Source: Thermoplasmatota archaeon
GTDB taxonomy: Archaea; Thermoplasmatota; Thermoplasmata; UBA10834
NCBI GenBank assembly: GCA_040751795.1
Contig: JBFMHR010000002.1
Coordinates: 224,001 to 288,000, forward strand
Length of the DNA: 64,000 nucleotides
Direction: 5' to 3'
This document shows positions 49,296 to 60,499 of the stretch, piece by piece; the stretch's first letter is position 1; each line of letters begins with the position of its first letter. Both the position numbers and the translations under genes were made by a program. The notes under the pieces were generated by a model. That model made no database searches. It was not told the origin of the DNA and worked only from the letters and a program-made list of their open reading frames with translations.

Positions 49296-49389
49296 CTGAC
49301 GACCTTTCGGATATTCCGAGGTGGGTTAAAGAACCTTGCTCCCCGCGGTTATCCAGTTCGGGACAAGTCGGTGCGCGGGGCGCAGGATT

Positions 49390-49956
49390 TCAGACAACGG
49401 TCCGACCCGACCACTCCCTCTTCAGCAACGAGAAGACGTGCTCGTCGACGTAGACGCCGTCGATCTTGGAGAACTCCCTCATCACCCCTTCCCTCACGAA
49501 CCCGAGCCTGGCGGCGAGGGCCATGGAGCGCGGGTTGGTCGCGAGTACGGATATCTCGATCCTGTTCAGCCCCATCTCCTCGAAGCCGAACCGGACGGTC
49601 CTCTCCAGCGCCTCCCTCATCAGCCCCCTTCCCCAGTGCTCGGGCCTGAGGTCGTAGCCCATCTTCGCCTTGTCGTGCTCCTTGTCCCAGGCGTGGAAGC
49701 CGATGCTGCCGATGATGTCCTCAGTGCCCTTCAGGCGGATCCCCCACCTGTAGCCGAGGCCCTTCTCGAAGAGGCCGGTTATGTACTGCTCCAGCTCCTG
49801 CCTCGCGGCCTCCAGGTCCTTCGGCGGGGGGAACCCCTGGCCCACGGCGATCTCCGGTATCGAGAAGTGCCCGAGGTACCACTCGGCGTGCCCGCGGGTG
49901 ATCGCGCAGAGTTCGAGCCTCTCCGTGTGAAGCACCGGGAACTCGTGCCAGTCCAT
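49390..49956 (-). CDS. RimJ/RimL-type GNAT acetyltransferase
   Basis: LHTERL, GYDLRPEHWGRGLM, NPRS..LA.RLGFVREG. Confidence 0.88.
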   Translation of the reverse strand: MDWHEFPVLHTERLELCAITRGHAEWYLGHFSIPEIAVGQGFPPPKDLEAARQELEQYITGLFEKGLGYRWGIRLKGTEDIIGSIGFHAWDKEHDKAKMGYDLRPEHWGRGLMREALERTVRFGFEEMGLNRIEISVLATNPRSMALAARLGFVREGVMREFSKIDGVYVDEHVFSLLKREWSGRTVV

Positions 49957-50067
49957 GTCGTCCGCCCCGATGGACGGCGCCCGTAATAGAGGTGCCGCCC
50001 CTCGGGAGCGCCCGCCCCAGGGATTCATTTTATTACCGGCAACCCGATTGCCCAGGCCTGGTAGAGG

Positions 50068-50925
50068 ATGTTTCCGGGCCACTGCAAGGAGGTGAGCGTC
50101 AGGAGCGTCGCCTTCGAGCTCACCGAGGACAACATCAAGGGGTTCCTCTCGGGCAAGAGGGCCTACATCAGGACCAGGTTCTACGTGTTCAGCTCCGGCG
50201 ACCAGTGGGCCGTCGCCGAGGTCGAGAAGGACGAGGCCAACTCGGTCCTCAAGGGGATCAGGTCGGTCCGCGTCCTGTCGCTGCCAGATGACACCGCCTT
50301 CGTCGACGACCCGTCCCTGGAGGTGCTCTCCGCCTCGGTCATGGGCGCCCTCCAGCGCCAGACCGGCAGGAGGTGCGTGGTCGTCCGGGGGAGGGCGGAC
50401 CACATATCGTTCTTCCTGGAGGAGGAGCCGAGGATGCTCACCATATTCGACGTCGTGCCTCCGTCCCCGTCCAAGCTCGTGGGGATGGTCGACTCCGTCC
50501 TCGAGTCGGACCTGCAGGACATGTGCGTGTCGTACTCCGTGGTCGAGGCGGACCTCAACGACATCGCGGCCTCGGTGACATCTGGTTCCGTCATGTTCCC
50601 GTGCAGGGCCTCCGCGCTCAGGTCCCGCCTGCCGACATACTACCTCGACGAGACCAGGGAGCTCACGGAACAGCAGATCGCGGACGTCACCCTCGTGGGC
50701 TGCTCCCTCTCCGCCAGGATCTTCAAGGCCGTGTACGGGAGCGAGCCGAGGCTGGTCAACATGTGCCCGAAGGACCTGGCCAGGGCCAAGGGCGTGGAGG
50801 GCCCGGTCCTGGTCAAGTGCTGCAGGGTGAAGGAGGGCTTCGAGGTCGACGGGGACATGGCGGTAGTTCCGTGGGGCGTGAGGTCGTCTGAGCTCGCGGC
50901 GGCCCTGAGGGCGCTGCTCTCCTAG
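50068..50925 (+). CDS. Cys-rich hypothetical protein
   Basis: Genome-typical codon usage; FPCRAS, LVGCSLS, NMCP, KCC motifs. Confidence 0.75.
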   Translation: MFPGHCKEVSVRSVAFELTEDNIKGFLSGKRAYIRTRFYVFSSGDQWAVAEVEKDEANSVLKGIRSVRVLSLPDDTAFVDDPSLEVLSASVMGALQRQTGRRCVVVRGRADHISFFLEEEPRMLTIFDVVPPSPSKLVGMVDSVLESDLQDMCVSYSVVEADLNDIAASVTSGSVMFPCRASALRSRLPTYYLDETRELTEQQIADVTLVGCSLSARIFKAVYGSEPRLVNMCPKDLARAKGVEGPVLVKCCRVKEGFEVDGDMAVVPWGVRSSELAAALRALLS

Positions 50926-52835
50926 ATGTCCAGCTCGTCGTCCCTGAACTTGACCACGGGGCACGGTCCGAGGCAGCGGCCGCAGTGGGTGCACAGTCCA
51001 GCGTCGATGACCGCCCTTCCCTCGAGCCTCATCGCGCCGTCCTCGCACCTGGCCACGCATATGCCGCACCCGGCGCACCCCATCGCGCGCAGGACGACCT
51101 CCCTGAGCAGCGCGGTCCTCTTCCTCACCTGCTCCTCCGTCTTCCCGCGGACCATCACGGGCCCCTCCCTGAAGACGGTGATGCCGGATGTCTCGGCTAT
51201 CCCGAGGTCGGGCGAGGTCGTGACCTTCCCGGCGATGTTCAGCAGGTTGGCGACGCGCTCCATGTCCAGGGGCCTGGAGAAGACCCCCTCGGCGCTGACG
51301 CCCTCCACGCACGGGTTGTACCCGGCGGTGGTCCTCAGCTCCAGGGGCGCTTCGTCCTCGCGCGCCGGCCCGGGCCCCAGCCCTTCGCCCAGGTCGCCCA
51401 GCTCCTGCGCGACGGAGTCGGGGAGCCGCCTCCACCTCCAGAGGTCGTAGTCGAGCCACGCCCTCGGCAGCCCCCTCTTCTCCGCGTACTCGGAAAGGAA
51501 CCTGGTCCACTCGCCGTACTCGCTGCCCAGCTCCCGCGCCCTCCTCAGCTCGGAGAGGTCCGTGGCGGGACACATGAAGCAGCCGATGCGTTCGATGCCC
51601 CGCGCGTACAGCGGGTTCGCGTCGGCGCCCTTCGAGAACAGGTACAACCACACATGCATCGCGGTCCACTTCTGGATGGGCGACGCGGCGAGCTGGTTCG
51701 GCGTCCACGGGTTCCTCCAGACCCTCCCCTTCCTCGCCCTCTGCTCCGACTCGTACGCCCTCTGGCCTATGAACGACAGGACCCCCCCGGGGAAGCTCTG
51801 CTGAATCAGCCTCGTCGCGGGGCCGAGCTTGCAGGTCTTGCAGCACCACCTGTAGTCCTTCGCGGGCGGGCCGAAGGTCCAGACGTTGTCCCAGAAGGTC
51901 CTCCCAGCGCTCTCGGTGACGAGGTCCAGGCCGTACCTCTCGGCCGTCTCCCTCACGTTCCTCATGGTCTCCTCGAACTCGAGGCCCGTGTCGATGAAAA
52001 GGAGCGAGGGCCTGATGCCCGCGTCCAAAACAAGCAGCAGCGTGGCGAGGCTGTCCTTGCCGCCGCTGTACGAGACAGCCACAGGGAGGTCGTTGTTGCG
52101 GACAGTCTTCTGGACGAACGCCTTCGCCTCCTCCACGCGCCTCTGAAGTACCTCGGCGTTCGCCTCGACCGCGTCCGCCCAGGTCGCCTTGGCCTCGAGC
52201 CGCCTCGCGTCCGTCCCGTCCACGACCCACCTGGTCTTGACTGCGGTCCCGCGCGCTCCGGGCCTCCTCATCTCCTCCGCGGACATCTTGGCGGTGCCGA
52301 CGGAGACCGGGTTCCGGGAGCCGTCGAGCACGAGGACGTCGTCCCCGGGGAGTATCGACGGGTCCGCGTCCAGTACCCCGACGGCGAGCGTGCTGGCCTT
52401 CTTCTCCTTGATAGGGACTATGGCGCCCTCGTCGACCGTGACCCTGCCCCTGCTCGCGACCGGCGCGAGCGCCGTCGCGCTGTAGGGCCTCAGGAGGAAC
52501 TTGTCCCCCTTGGCCAGGTGGAACCTCATCGCCCCGACGACGAGTCCGTCGACAATGACCTCGTCCATGCGGTCGATGTCGGGGGCCTTGTTCAGCAGGG
52601 CCAGCTTCCCGTCGGGGAGGACGGCCTCGCCGCAACCCGGCCCGAACTGCGCGTCGAGGAGCGCCCTCGCCCTCTCGATGTCGTGTCCGAACGCGGGGCG
52701 GGCGTCCCCGGGCGGCGTCAGCTTCACCTCCCTGGTCGCCGCGCCGCACCTGCCGCAGGCGGCCTGCTCCATCACCGGCACGTTGCACTCGTCGCACCAG
52801 CGCAGGTGCATCTTGCCGAGCCTGATCTCGCCCAC
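50922..52835 (-). CDS. PAPS-reductase-family protein with Zn knuckle, PUA domain and C-terminal ferredoxin
   Basis: WCDECNVP..CGRCG, PUA VDEGA, PP-loop SYSGGKDS, RWCCKTCK, RIGCFMCP, CAGCGICVARC/CTHCGRC. Confidence 0.88.
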   Translation of the reverse strand: MGEIRLGKMHLRWCDECNVPVMEQAACGRCGAATREVKLTPPGDARPAFGHDIERARALLDAQFGPGCGEAVLPDGKLALLNKAPDIDRMDEVIVDGLVVGAMRFHLAKGDKFLLRPYSATALAPVASRGRVTVDEGAIVPIKEKKASTLAVGVLDADPSILPGDDVLVLDGSRNPVSVGTAKMSAEEMRRPGARGTAVKTRWVVDGTDARRLEAKATWADAVEANAEVLQRRVEEAKAFVQKTVRNNDLPVAVSYSGGKDSLATLLLVLDAGIRPSLLFIDTGLEFEETMRNVRETAERYGLDLVTESAGRTFWDNVWTFGPPAKDYRWCCKTCKLGPATRLIQQSFPGGVLSFIGQRAYESEQRARKGRVWRNPWTPNQLAASPIQKWTAMHVWLYLFSKGADANPLYARGIERIGCFMCPATDLSELRRARELGSEYGEWTRFLSEYAEKRGLPRAWLDYDLWRWRRLPDSVAQELGDLGEGLGPGPAREDEAPLELRTTAGYNPCVEGVSAEGVFSRPLDMERVANLLNIAGKVTTSPDLGIAETSGITVFREGPVMVRGKTEEQVRKRTALLREVVLRAMGCAGCGICVARCEDGAMRLEGRAVIDAGLCTHCGRCLGPCPVVKFRDDELDI

Positions 52836-52878
52836 GGTACCTCAGGAGAGGGTGCGCGTATTATAGCCTTTCCAGGGG

Positions 52879-53292
52879 CTACTTCAGCGCCTTGAGCTGC
52901 TTGACGACGGCCTCTACGGAGTCCTTCGCGCGCTCGATCCTGTCCTCGGCCTGGAGCCTGCTCATGCCGGGGCCGGTTATGCCCAGGCCGACCGGCTTCT
53001 CGTACTCGACCGCGAGGTCGGTTATCTTCCTCGCCGCCTGGCCGATGACGATCTGGTCGTGCTCGGTCTCGCCCTCGATGACCGCGCCTATCGCGACGGC
53101 CCCGTCCACGGACTTGTCCTTCAGGAGGGTCTTGAGCGCCAGGGGTATGTCGAAGACGCCCGGCACCATGACCACCTTGGCCACTTCCACGTCCAAGAAC
53201 CTCGCGTGCTCCTTCGCCCTCTCGAGCATCATCTGCGTGATGTCGAAGTTGAACTCGCTGCAGACGATGCCTATCCTGTACTTACCTGCCAT
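52879..53292 (-). CDS. ribH: Lumazine synthase
   Basis: SEFNFDIT, VPGVFDIP, GETEHD. Confidence 0.95.
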   Translation of the reverse strand: MAGKYRIGIVCSEFNFDITQMMLERAKEHARFLDVEVAKVVMVPGVFDIPLALKTLLKDKSVDGAVAIGAVIEGETEHDQIVIGQAARKITDLAVEYEKPVGLGITGPGMSRLQAEDRIERAKDSVEAVVKQLKALK

Positions 53293-53314
53293 GTCCTTGC
53301 CTCCATTCTCGATC

Positions 53315-54231
<917 letters not shown>

Positions 54232-54237
54232 GCGCCC

Positions 54238-54951
54238 TCACCCCTTCCGCTGGGACTCCTTCCAGGCGCCGACGACCTCGGCGCCCTCGAGGTACACGAG
54301 GCCGTTCCTCTGCGCGTAGGCCCTCGCGGCGGACTTGGGGAGCGCCTTCCCGTCGTCGCCCATCATCTCGCAGACAGTGGCGGACGGGACCAGCCCCGCC
54401 ATTATGACGAGCGCCGTCGAGAGCTCGGTGTGCCCGAACCTGGTCTCGAGTATCCGGTCGGTCGTGTTGAGTAGGTGGACGTGCCCGGGCGCCCTGAAGT
54501 TCCTCCCGAACTCCCTCTTGCCCCAGCCGTCCTCCTGTGAGATGGCCCTCCTGGACAGCTCCGCGAACTCCTTCACCGTGAGCGCGCGGTCGTCGTCCGT
54601 TATGCCCGTGAACGTCCTCCTGTGGTTGATGGTGATGCTGAACGCCGACTTGACGTCGTAGGGGATGTCGTTGGGGGTGAGCCCCTTCATGACCGGGTAC
54701 TGGTCGGCCATGCCCATGAAGACCTCGGTGAGGAACGGGAGGCCGAGCGCCTGCCTGATCCTCGGGTCGGCCGTGGTGCACACGAGGCCTCCCCCGTCCC
54801 GTCTCATCGCGCGGATGGCCTCGGAGGTGACGTGCTCGGAGGCGATGACCATGTCGGTCTCCTCCTCGCGGCCGTCCGCGTCGTAGACGAGGACGAAGCG
54901 CCCCTGCCTCAGGGCGTCCAGGGCCTGCATCACGGTAGCTGAAGCCATCAT
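54238..54951 (-). CDS. ribB: 3,4-dihydroxy-2-butanone-4-phosphate synthase
   Basis: VYDADGREEETD, GGLVC, TGITDDDR, RFGHTE, CEMM. Confidence 0.95.
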   Translation of the reverse strand: MMASATVMQALDALRQGRFVLVYDADGREEETDMVIASEHVTSEAIRAMRRDGGGLVCTTADPRIRQALGLPFLTEVFMGMADQYPVMKGLTPNDIPYDVKSAFSITINHRRTFTGITDDDRALTVKEFAELSRRAISQEDGWGKREFGRNFRAPGHVHLLNTTDRILETRFGHTELSTALVIMAGLVPSATVCEMMGDDGKALPKSAARAYAQRNGLVYLEGAEVVGAWKESQRKG

Positions 54952-55007
54952 CCGCGACGATTCCGCCCGAGGATATTATCTGTGTTGTAGCTACTATTCC
55001 GAAGGTA

Positions 55008-57911
55008 TCAGTCTATCCTTCTTAAGGCCTCGGCGGGGGCCAGCCTGGCTGCCCTCCTGGACGGGGGCAGCACCGACAGGATCGTGACGGCGAAGGCGAT
55101 GGCGAAGACCAGGAGGACCTCGCCCCACGGGATGACGAACACCGAGATGTCCGAGAAGCCGCCCCAGTCGAAGAGCCTGTAGGAGAGCAGCAGCCCGAGC
55201 ACCACGCCGAGGACGATGCCGAGGAGGGCGACGAAGGAGGTCTCGAGCAGGAAGGTGCTGAGTATCATGCCCCTCTGGAACCCGATGGCCCGCATCACGC
55301 CTATCTCCTGCCTCCTCTCCGCGATGTTCCTTATGGTGATGATGCCGAGGCCGGATATCCCGACGATGAGGCCGACGCCGAGGAAGACCTCCATGAGCTG
55401 CATGACCGACGAGGACATGGCCATGGCCTCCTCGATGACGTCGTGGACCACTATCCCGTTGAGGCCGAACTCGGCCAGCCCCCTCTCGAGCTCCCCCATC
55501 ACGGCCTCGTCGGCGACCCCGGTGCCGGCGACGGTGTCGATGTAGAGGAGGTTGTCCATGACGCCGGTGGCGTGCGCGTCGACGAACGCCTTGGTCGTGA
55601 ACGCCCCGCCCACGAGTATCTGGTCCATGATCCCCACGACCGTCACGTTCACGCTCGAGCCGGCGGCGGATGTGACAGTGACGACGTCCCCCACGGCGGC
55701 GTACCACGCGCCAGGCTGGACCATGAACATCGACGGGACGACCGACCCGTCGAGTATGGTGAGGCCCGGGTCCTCCAGGACCGCGTTCCACGCCTCCTCG
55801 TCCGAGGCGTACTCCTCGGAGCGCTGGGCCAGCGAGAAGCGCCCCTCCTCCAGGAGCCCGTCGCTGAACCCGACCAGCATCCTGGTGGCGGACTCGTTCG
55901 AACCCTGGACGGACATCGTGACGTAGGCGGTGCTCGCCGTCTCCACCCTCTCTATCGCGTCGACGCCGAGGGCCGCGCCGACGCTCTCGGCCGCCTCCGT
56001 GAGGTTCGCCTCCGGCACCTCCCTGAGGGTGTACCCGATGATCTCGAAGCCGCCGGAGAACTTCTCGGAGAGGGTGTCCACGCTCTCCCTCTGGAACGAC
56101 GCTATCATGGCGATGACTATGACCGTGAACATGATCAGGGCGAAGATGAAGAGGGTGAGCCCCGTCCTGAACTTCTTGTTCATGGGGTAGCTCACGGCGG
56201 TCCTGAACACCGGGAGCAGGTTCCTGCCCCTTCCGAACAGCCTGACGAGGCCGGCCAGCATCAGGTCGCTGTTGAACATCGCGATGAGCACGGCCCCGGT
56301 CACCATCATCACCCCGGATATGATGAACATCTCGAGATTCCCCTCCAGCACGCCGAAGATGTAGGCCTCGATGCCGATGGGGTCGACGATGTAGTATATC
56401 ATCCAGAAGCCGGCGAGTGTGAATGGCACCCGCGGCCTGACGTACCTGACCGCGACCATGGCCGCCCCGCCGGAGGCGAGCGCCATTCCCGACGAGACGC
56501 CTGCGGCCTGCCCGGACGAGCCGCCGCCGTACATCAGGAGGAACCCGAGCGCGAGGGCCGCCAGTCCGGCGGCGAAGTACCTCCTCTCCGACTTCGCCAG
56601 CACCGGCTCGGGGATGTCCCGGATGGCCCTGACTATGTTGAGCCTGCTCACGCGCCACGACGCCGCCACCACAGTGAGCATGGTTATGAGGAAGCCCGCC
56701 GCGGCGGCGAGCGCCAGGCTCGCCCACTCGAAGTGCAGCGTGAACTCGAGGCCGCTGCCGCCCATCACGGCCGAGAACGCGTTGATCATCACGAACGCTA
56801 TGAGGAGGCCGAAGAGGGTCCCTACCGCGGAGGCGGCGAGGGCGTAGACCGCCCCTTCGAACACGAACGACTGGGTGAGGTCGCCCCTCTGCATCCCCAC
56901 CGCCCTGGAGATGCCCATCTCGGGCTTCCTCTCCTCCGCGAGCATGACGAATATGTTGACTATGAGCGCGACCCCCGCGATGATGGTGAAGGAGCTCATC
57001 AGGACGAAGAGCTGGGAGATCATGTCAGAGAGGGACTCGGCCTGCTCGACCCCCGCCCTCTTGACGTCGTCGTAGGTGTACTCCTCCCCGTCGGGGATCT
57101 CGGCCCTGAGCTCGGCTATCGCGGCGTCGGTGACCAGGTACCCGTCCTCCCTGGCGCCCTCGCAGGACACGTCCACGACGTTGACCATCGTCGGCGCGTG
57201 GAAGATGGATCCCTGGGCGTACTCCAGCTCCACGAACAGCATCCCCGCGAACCGCCAGGACCCCATGCCCTCGTCGGCCGCGATCGCCGACACCTCGAGG
57301 ACCAGGGGGGCTGCGTTCTTCGGGTACACGGCGACCGTGTCTCCCACCGCAAGGTCGAGGCTGCCCGCGAGGTCCTCGTTCGCGACGGCCTTTCCGTCGA
57401 CCAGCATGTCGCGGGTTATGGCGCCTCCGTCGGCGCGCTGGAGGCCGTTGACCACGTTGTCGGGGTCATACGCGAACAGGTACGCGGAGGGCTCCGCCTC
57501 GCCGGTGGAGGGGTCCACGACTGTGGAGACCTCCCGTATCGCGGGCGCGACAGCGTCGATGGCCTGGAGCCCGCCGTCCTCCAGCGTGTCTATGAGGCCG
57601 TAGGCGACGCTCTCGTTGAAGAACTGGTATATCCCGGCGTCGTCCTCGAGCGCGACGACGATGTCCACGTCGCCCGTGCTCTCGTAGACGTCGCCCCTGA
57701 TGATGTAGTCCATGGTGTCGCCGACCACGAGGGCCGCGGAGATCATGGCCGTGGCTATGAGCAGTCCGACGATGACTATGGCCGAGTACCTCTTCCTCCT
57801 CCGGATGTTCCTCCCGGCCATCTTGGCGAAGACCCTCCTCCGGACGGCCAGCAGGCCGGTCACGGCGAGGACCATTGCGACGAGGAACGCCAGTTGCACG
57901 AGCGCGCTCAT
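55008..57911 (-). CDS. ABC exporter permease (FtsX/MacB-like, duplicated)
   Basis: ERKPEMGISRAVG and ERRQEIGVMRAIG motifs; large extracellular loops. Confidence 0.9.
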   Translation of the reverse strand: MSALVQLAFLVAMVLAVTGLLAVRRRVFAKMAGRNIRRRKRYSAIVIVGLLIATAMISAALVVGDTMDYIIRGDVYESTGDVDIVVALEDDAGIYQFFNESVAYGLIDTLEDGGLQAIDAVAPAIREVSTVVDPSTGEAEPSAYLFAYDPDNVVNGLQRADGGAITRDMLVDGKAVANEDLAGSLDLAVGDTVAVYPKNAAPLVLEVSAIAADEGMGSWRFAGMLFVELEYAQGSIFHAPTMVNVVDVSCEGAREDGYLVTDAAIAELRAEIPDGEEYTYDDVKRAGVEQAESLSDMISQLFVLMSSFTIIAGVALIVNIFVMLAEERKPEMGISRAVGMQRGDLTQSFVFEGAVYALAASAVGTLFGLLIAFVMINAFSAVMGGSGLEFTLHFEWASLALAAAAGFLITMLTVVAASWRVSRLNIVRAIRDIPEPVLAKSERRYFAAGLAALALGFLLMYGGGSSGQAAGVSSGMALASGGAAMVAVRYVRPRVPFTLAGFWMIYYIVDPIGIEAYIFGVLEGNLEMFIISGVMMVTGAVLIAMFNSDLMLAGLVRLFGRGRNLLPVFRTAVSYPMNKKFRTGLTLFIFALIMFTVIVIAMIASFQRESVDTLSEKFSGGFEIIGYTLREVPEANLTEAAESVGAALGVDAIERVETASTAYVTMSVQGSNESATRMLVGFSDGLLEEGRFSLAQRSEEYASDEEAWNAVLEDPGLTILDGSVVPSMFMVQPGAWYAAVGDVVTVTSAAGSSVNVTVVGIMDQILVGGAFTTKAFVDAHATGVMDNLLYIDTVAGTGVADEAVMGELERGLAEFGLNGIVVHDVIEEAMAMSSSVMQLMEVFLGVGLIVGISGLGIITIRNIAERRQEIGVMRAIGFQRGMILSTFLLETSFVALLGIVLGVVLGLLLSYRLFDWGGFSDISVFVIPWGEVLLVFAIAFAVTILSVLPPSRRAARLAPAEALRRID

Positions 57912-57920
57912 GCGCACACC

Positions 57921-58670
57921 TCAGAAGGGCGCCGGGACGAAGTCCTTCTCGATGACCCCGTCCTTCATCATTATGATCCGGTCGGTCATCCTCCCGATGT
58001 TGTAGTCGTGCGTGACGACTATGAACGTCTGCCGGTTCTCCTTGTTCAGCTTCCTCAGGAGGTCCATTATCTCCTTGGAATACTCGCTGTCCAGGTTGCC
58101 GGTCGGCTCGTCGGCGAAGACGATCTCGGGGGTGTTGACGAGCGAGCGCGCGATGGTGACCCTCTGTTGCTGGCCGCCGGAGAGCTCCGACGGCTTGTGG
58201 TCCTTCCACTCCTCGAGGCCCACCGCCCTGAGGGCGTTCAGGGCCTTCTTCCTGGCCTCGGACGGGGAGGTGCCCGACAGCAGGAGGGGCAGCTCTGCGT
58301 TCTCCGCGGCCGTCAGGACCGGGAGCAGGTTGTAGGCCTGGAATATGAAGCCTATCTTCTCGGCGCGGTAGCGGGTCCTCTCGCGGTCGGTCATGTCCGT
58401 GAGGCGCCTGCCGCGTATGAGGACCTCCCCCTCTGTGATGTCGTCGAGGCCGGAGAGGCAGTTCAGGAGGGTCGTCTTGCCGCAGCCCGACGGCCCCATG
58501 ACGGCGACCATCTCCCCCTCCTTCACGGAGAGGTCTATGCCCCTGAGGGCGTCCACCTTCACCTTGCCGGAGTCGTAGACCTTCCTGAGGTTCCTCGCCT
58601 CCACTATGGAGGCCCCAGTCCCGGCGTCAGATGCCTGCTCCTTCCCCTTCGCAACCTTCTCCTTGGCCAT
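57921..58670 (-). CDS. ABC transporter ATP-binding protein (LolD/MacB-like)
   Basis: [25 protein letters not shown]. Confidence 0.95.
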   Translation of the reverse strand: MAKEKVAKGKEQASDAGTGASIVEARNLRKVYDSGKVKVDALRGIDLSVKEGEMVAVMGPSGCGKTTLLNCLSGLDDITEGEVLIRGRRLTDMTDRERTRYRAEKIGFIFQAYNLLPVLTAAENAELPLLLSGTSPSEARKKALNALRAVGLEEWKDHKPSELSGGQQQRVTIARSLVNTPEIVFADEPTGNLDSEYSKEIMDLLRKLNKENRQTFIVVTHDYNIGRMTDRIIMMKDGVIEKDFVPAPF

Positions 58671-58825
58671 GGAAAAGACCTCCTCGGTCCCGGGGCCCCT
58701 CGCAGACGTGCGCGTAGGGCCTTCTGTGAACCAATACGGGAATCGTATTTCATCTTTATGTAGGTGGCCCGACAGGGCCGCCAACCACATTTATACTCCG
58801 ACGACCATCATCGCCGTGGGACCCC

Positions 58826-59866
58826 ATGCTGGACGACGTCAAGAGGATGGCATCCGTTGACTCCAGGGACATGCTCGGCGCGGTAGAGTCGATGTCGGAG
58901 CACCTGGCGGAGGGGGTCAGGCGCGGCAGGAAGGCCGGTCCCCCCAAGTGCTCCCCCGACTCGGTCGTGGTCTGCGGCATGGGCGGGTCGGCCATCGGCG
59001 GCGACGTGCTCAGGGCTTGGCTCGCCACGGATGTCGACATCCGGTGCGAGGTGGCGAGGGGCTACTCCGTCCCCAGGCACGTGGGCCGGCAGTCGCTCGT
59101 CGTCGTGTCGAGCTACTCCGGAAACACGGAGGAGTCGCTCAGCATGCTCGAGGACGCGCGGGCCAGGACCTCGAGGATCGTCACCGTCTCGTCGGGGGGC
59201 AGGCTGGCGGAGATGGCCGCCTCGCTGTCGCTCCCGCACGTCGCGGTCCCCTCGGGGATGGTGCCCCGCGCCTCGTTCGGCTACATGTTCGGCGCGCTTC
59301 TCGGGGTCGTGGAGCGCGCGGGGATCGCCTCGCCCGGCAAGCAGCTCGACGAGGCGGCCAGGGTGTTGGCGCAGGTGAACGGCAGGTGCTCCCGCGGCGT
59401 CCAGACGCAGGACAACCCCGCCAAGAGGATGGCCCACGAGCTGCACGGGTCGGTGCCCGTGGTCATAGGCCACGGCCTCAGCGCCCCTGTGGCGAGGCGC
59501 TGGGCCAACCAGATGAACGAGAACGCCAAGAGCGCCGCGTTCGCGTCCGAGCTGCCGGAGATGGACCACAACGAGGTCGTCTTCTGGGCCGCCGACCCCA
59601 GGAGCCAGGGCTTCTCGGCGGTGTTCCTCGACCACGACTTCTCCGACGCGAGGATGGCGCGGAGGCTCGAGGCGACGAGGGAGATGGTGTGCTCACGGTC
59701 CGCCGCGCACGTCGTCAGGGCCACGGGCAGGAGCCCGCTCGCGCAGATCATGTCGCTCGTCTCCGTCGGCGACTACATCAGCGTCTACAGCGCGGTGCTC
59801 AGGGGAGAGGACCCGAGCACGACGGAGCCGATCGAGAGGCTCAAGGACATTATATCGAAAAAGTGA
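58826..59866 (+). CDS. Bifunctional phosphoglucose/phosphomannose isomerase
   Basis: GMGGSAIGG, SYSGNTEE, QMNENAK, PEMDHNE. Confidence 0.93.
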   Translation: MLDDVKRMASVDSRDMLGAVESMSEHLAEGVRRGRKAGPPKCSPDSVVVCGMGGSAIGGDVLRAWLATDVDIRCEVARGYSVPRHVGRQSLVVVSSYSGNTEESLSMLEDARARTSRIVTVSSGGRLAEMAASLSLPHVAVPSGMVPRASFGYMFGALLGVVERAGIASPGKQLDEAARVLAQVNGRCSRGVQTQDNPAKRMAHELHGSVPVVIGHGLSAPVARRWANQMNENAKSAAFASELPEMDHNEVVFWAADPRSQGFSAVFLDHDFSDARMARRLEATREMVCSRSAAHVVRATGRSPLAQIMSLVSVGDYISVYSAVLRGEDPSTTEPIERLKDIISKK

Positions 59867-59908
59867 GCCGCCCTCGCGTAGAGCGCAGGCCATCGCCCAC
59901 GGATGAAT

Positions 59909-59967
59909 TAAAAAAAGGCATCGGAGAGGGGGGTACATTCCCCCTCTCGCCCTTCACTTGCCTTCTT
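59909..59967 (-). terminator. Stem-loop plus U7 tract, probable terminator, with kink-turn-like motif
   Basis: Minus strand GAGAGGGGG/CCCCCUCUC stem, outer AGAAGGCA/UGCCUUUU stem, followed by a U-tract. Confidence 0.6.
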
Positions 59968-60060
59968 CAGAGGCGTGCCCTTCCTTTCCCTTTTCCGTCC
60001 CGCGGACGCCCGGCAGTCCGGGCCCGTGCGTCGAGAGGCCTCCGTTCCCACAGTGAACAT

Positions 60061-60462
60061 TCATTGCACGCGCATCCGAGACGCGGCGCGGGCCATCCCT
60101 TTCCTCGTGCCGCGCTCCTCGACCGCCTCTGAGACCTTCTGGCGCAGGAGGTCCTTGCCTTCGAGGTAGTAGCGCTTCCTATCCTCGACCCATCCGGCAA
60201 GGGCGAGAGTCACGGCCTGTGAGATGTCCGTTGCATCGCCGCTGGCGATGAACATCTCCACATCCTCCATGACCGCGGACGGGACGATGGCGCTGATCTT
60301 GTCCGAGTTCCATGTCCCTGCCTCGTCCTGGAGGTACGACTGGACGGCATCCCTGAACACGTCCGATACGCTCGCTTGGCCGTTCCTCTCCCTTATCGCC
60401 TCTAGCTCCCTGAGGTCCTCTTCGGGAAGTCTGACATTGATGCGTGCGGTCCTCGTAGTCAT
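60061..60462 (-). CDS. Ribbon-helix-helix (CopG/MetJ-type) regulator, probably two RHH units
   Basis: RINVRLPEEDL...SVSDVFRDAV; second unit KISAIVP...DISQAVTLAL. Confidence 0.8.
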   Translation of the reverse strand: MTTRTARINVRLPEEDLRELEAIRERNGQASVSDVFRDAVQSYLQDEAGTWNSDKISAIVPSAVMEDVEMFIASGDATDISQAVTLALAGWVEDRKRYYLEGKDLLRQKVSEAVEERGTRKGMARAASRMRVQ

Positions 60463-60478
60463 TGCAATCGCGGAGCCT

Positions 60479-60499
60479 TGTACGACAAATTGTCGTACA
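60479..60499. promoter_or_regulatory. Perfect palindrome TGTACGACAA-A-TTGTCGTACA, putative RHH auto-operator
   Basis: 10-1-10 inverted repeat between the minus-strand TATA (TATTTATA, 60503-60510) and the RHH start. Confidence 0.7.

Noticed and set aside
49306-49320. TCGGA-N3-TCCGA palindrome upstream of carA
   Set aside because: Only 5-bp arms; cannot be distinguished from chance without comparative data
59908-60060. ~50-codon minus-strand ORF after the RHH gene
   Set aside because: Runs through the terminator hairpin; no SD or recognisable motif
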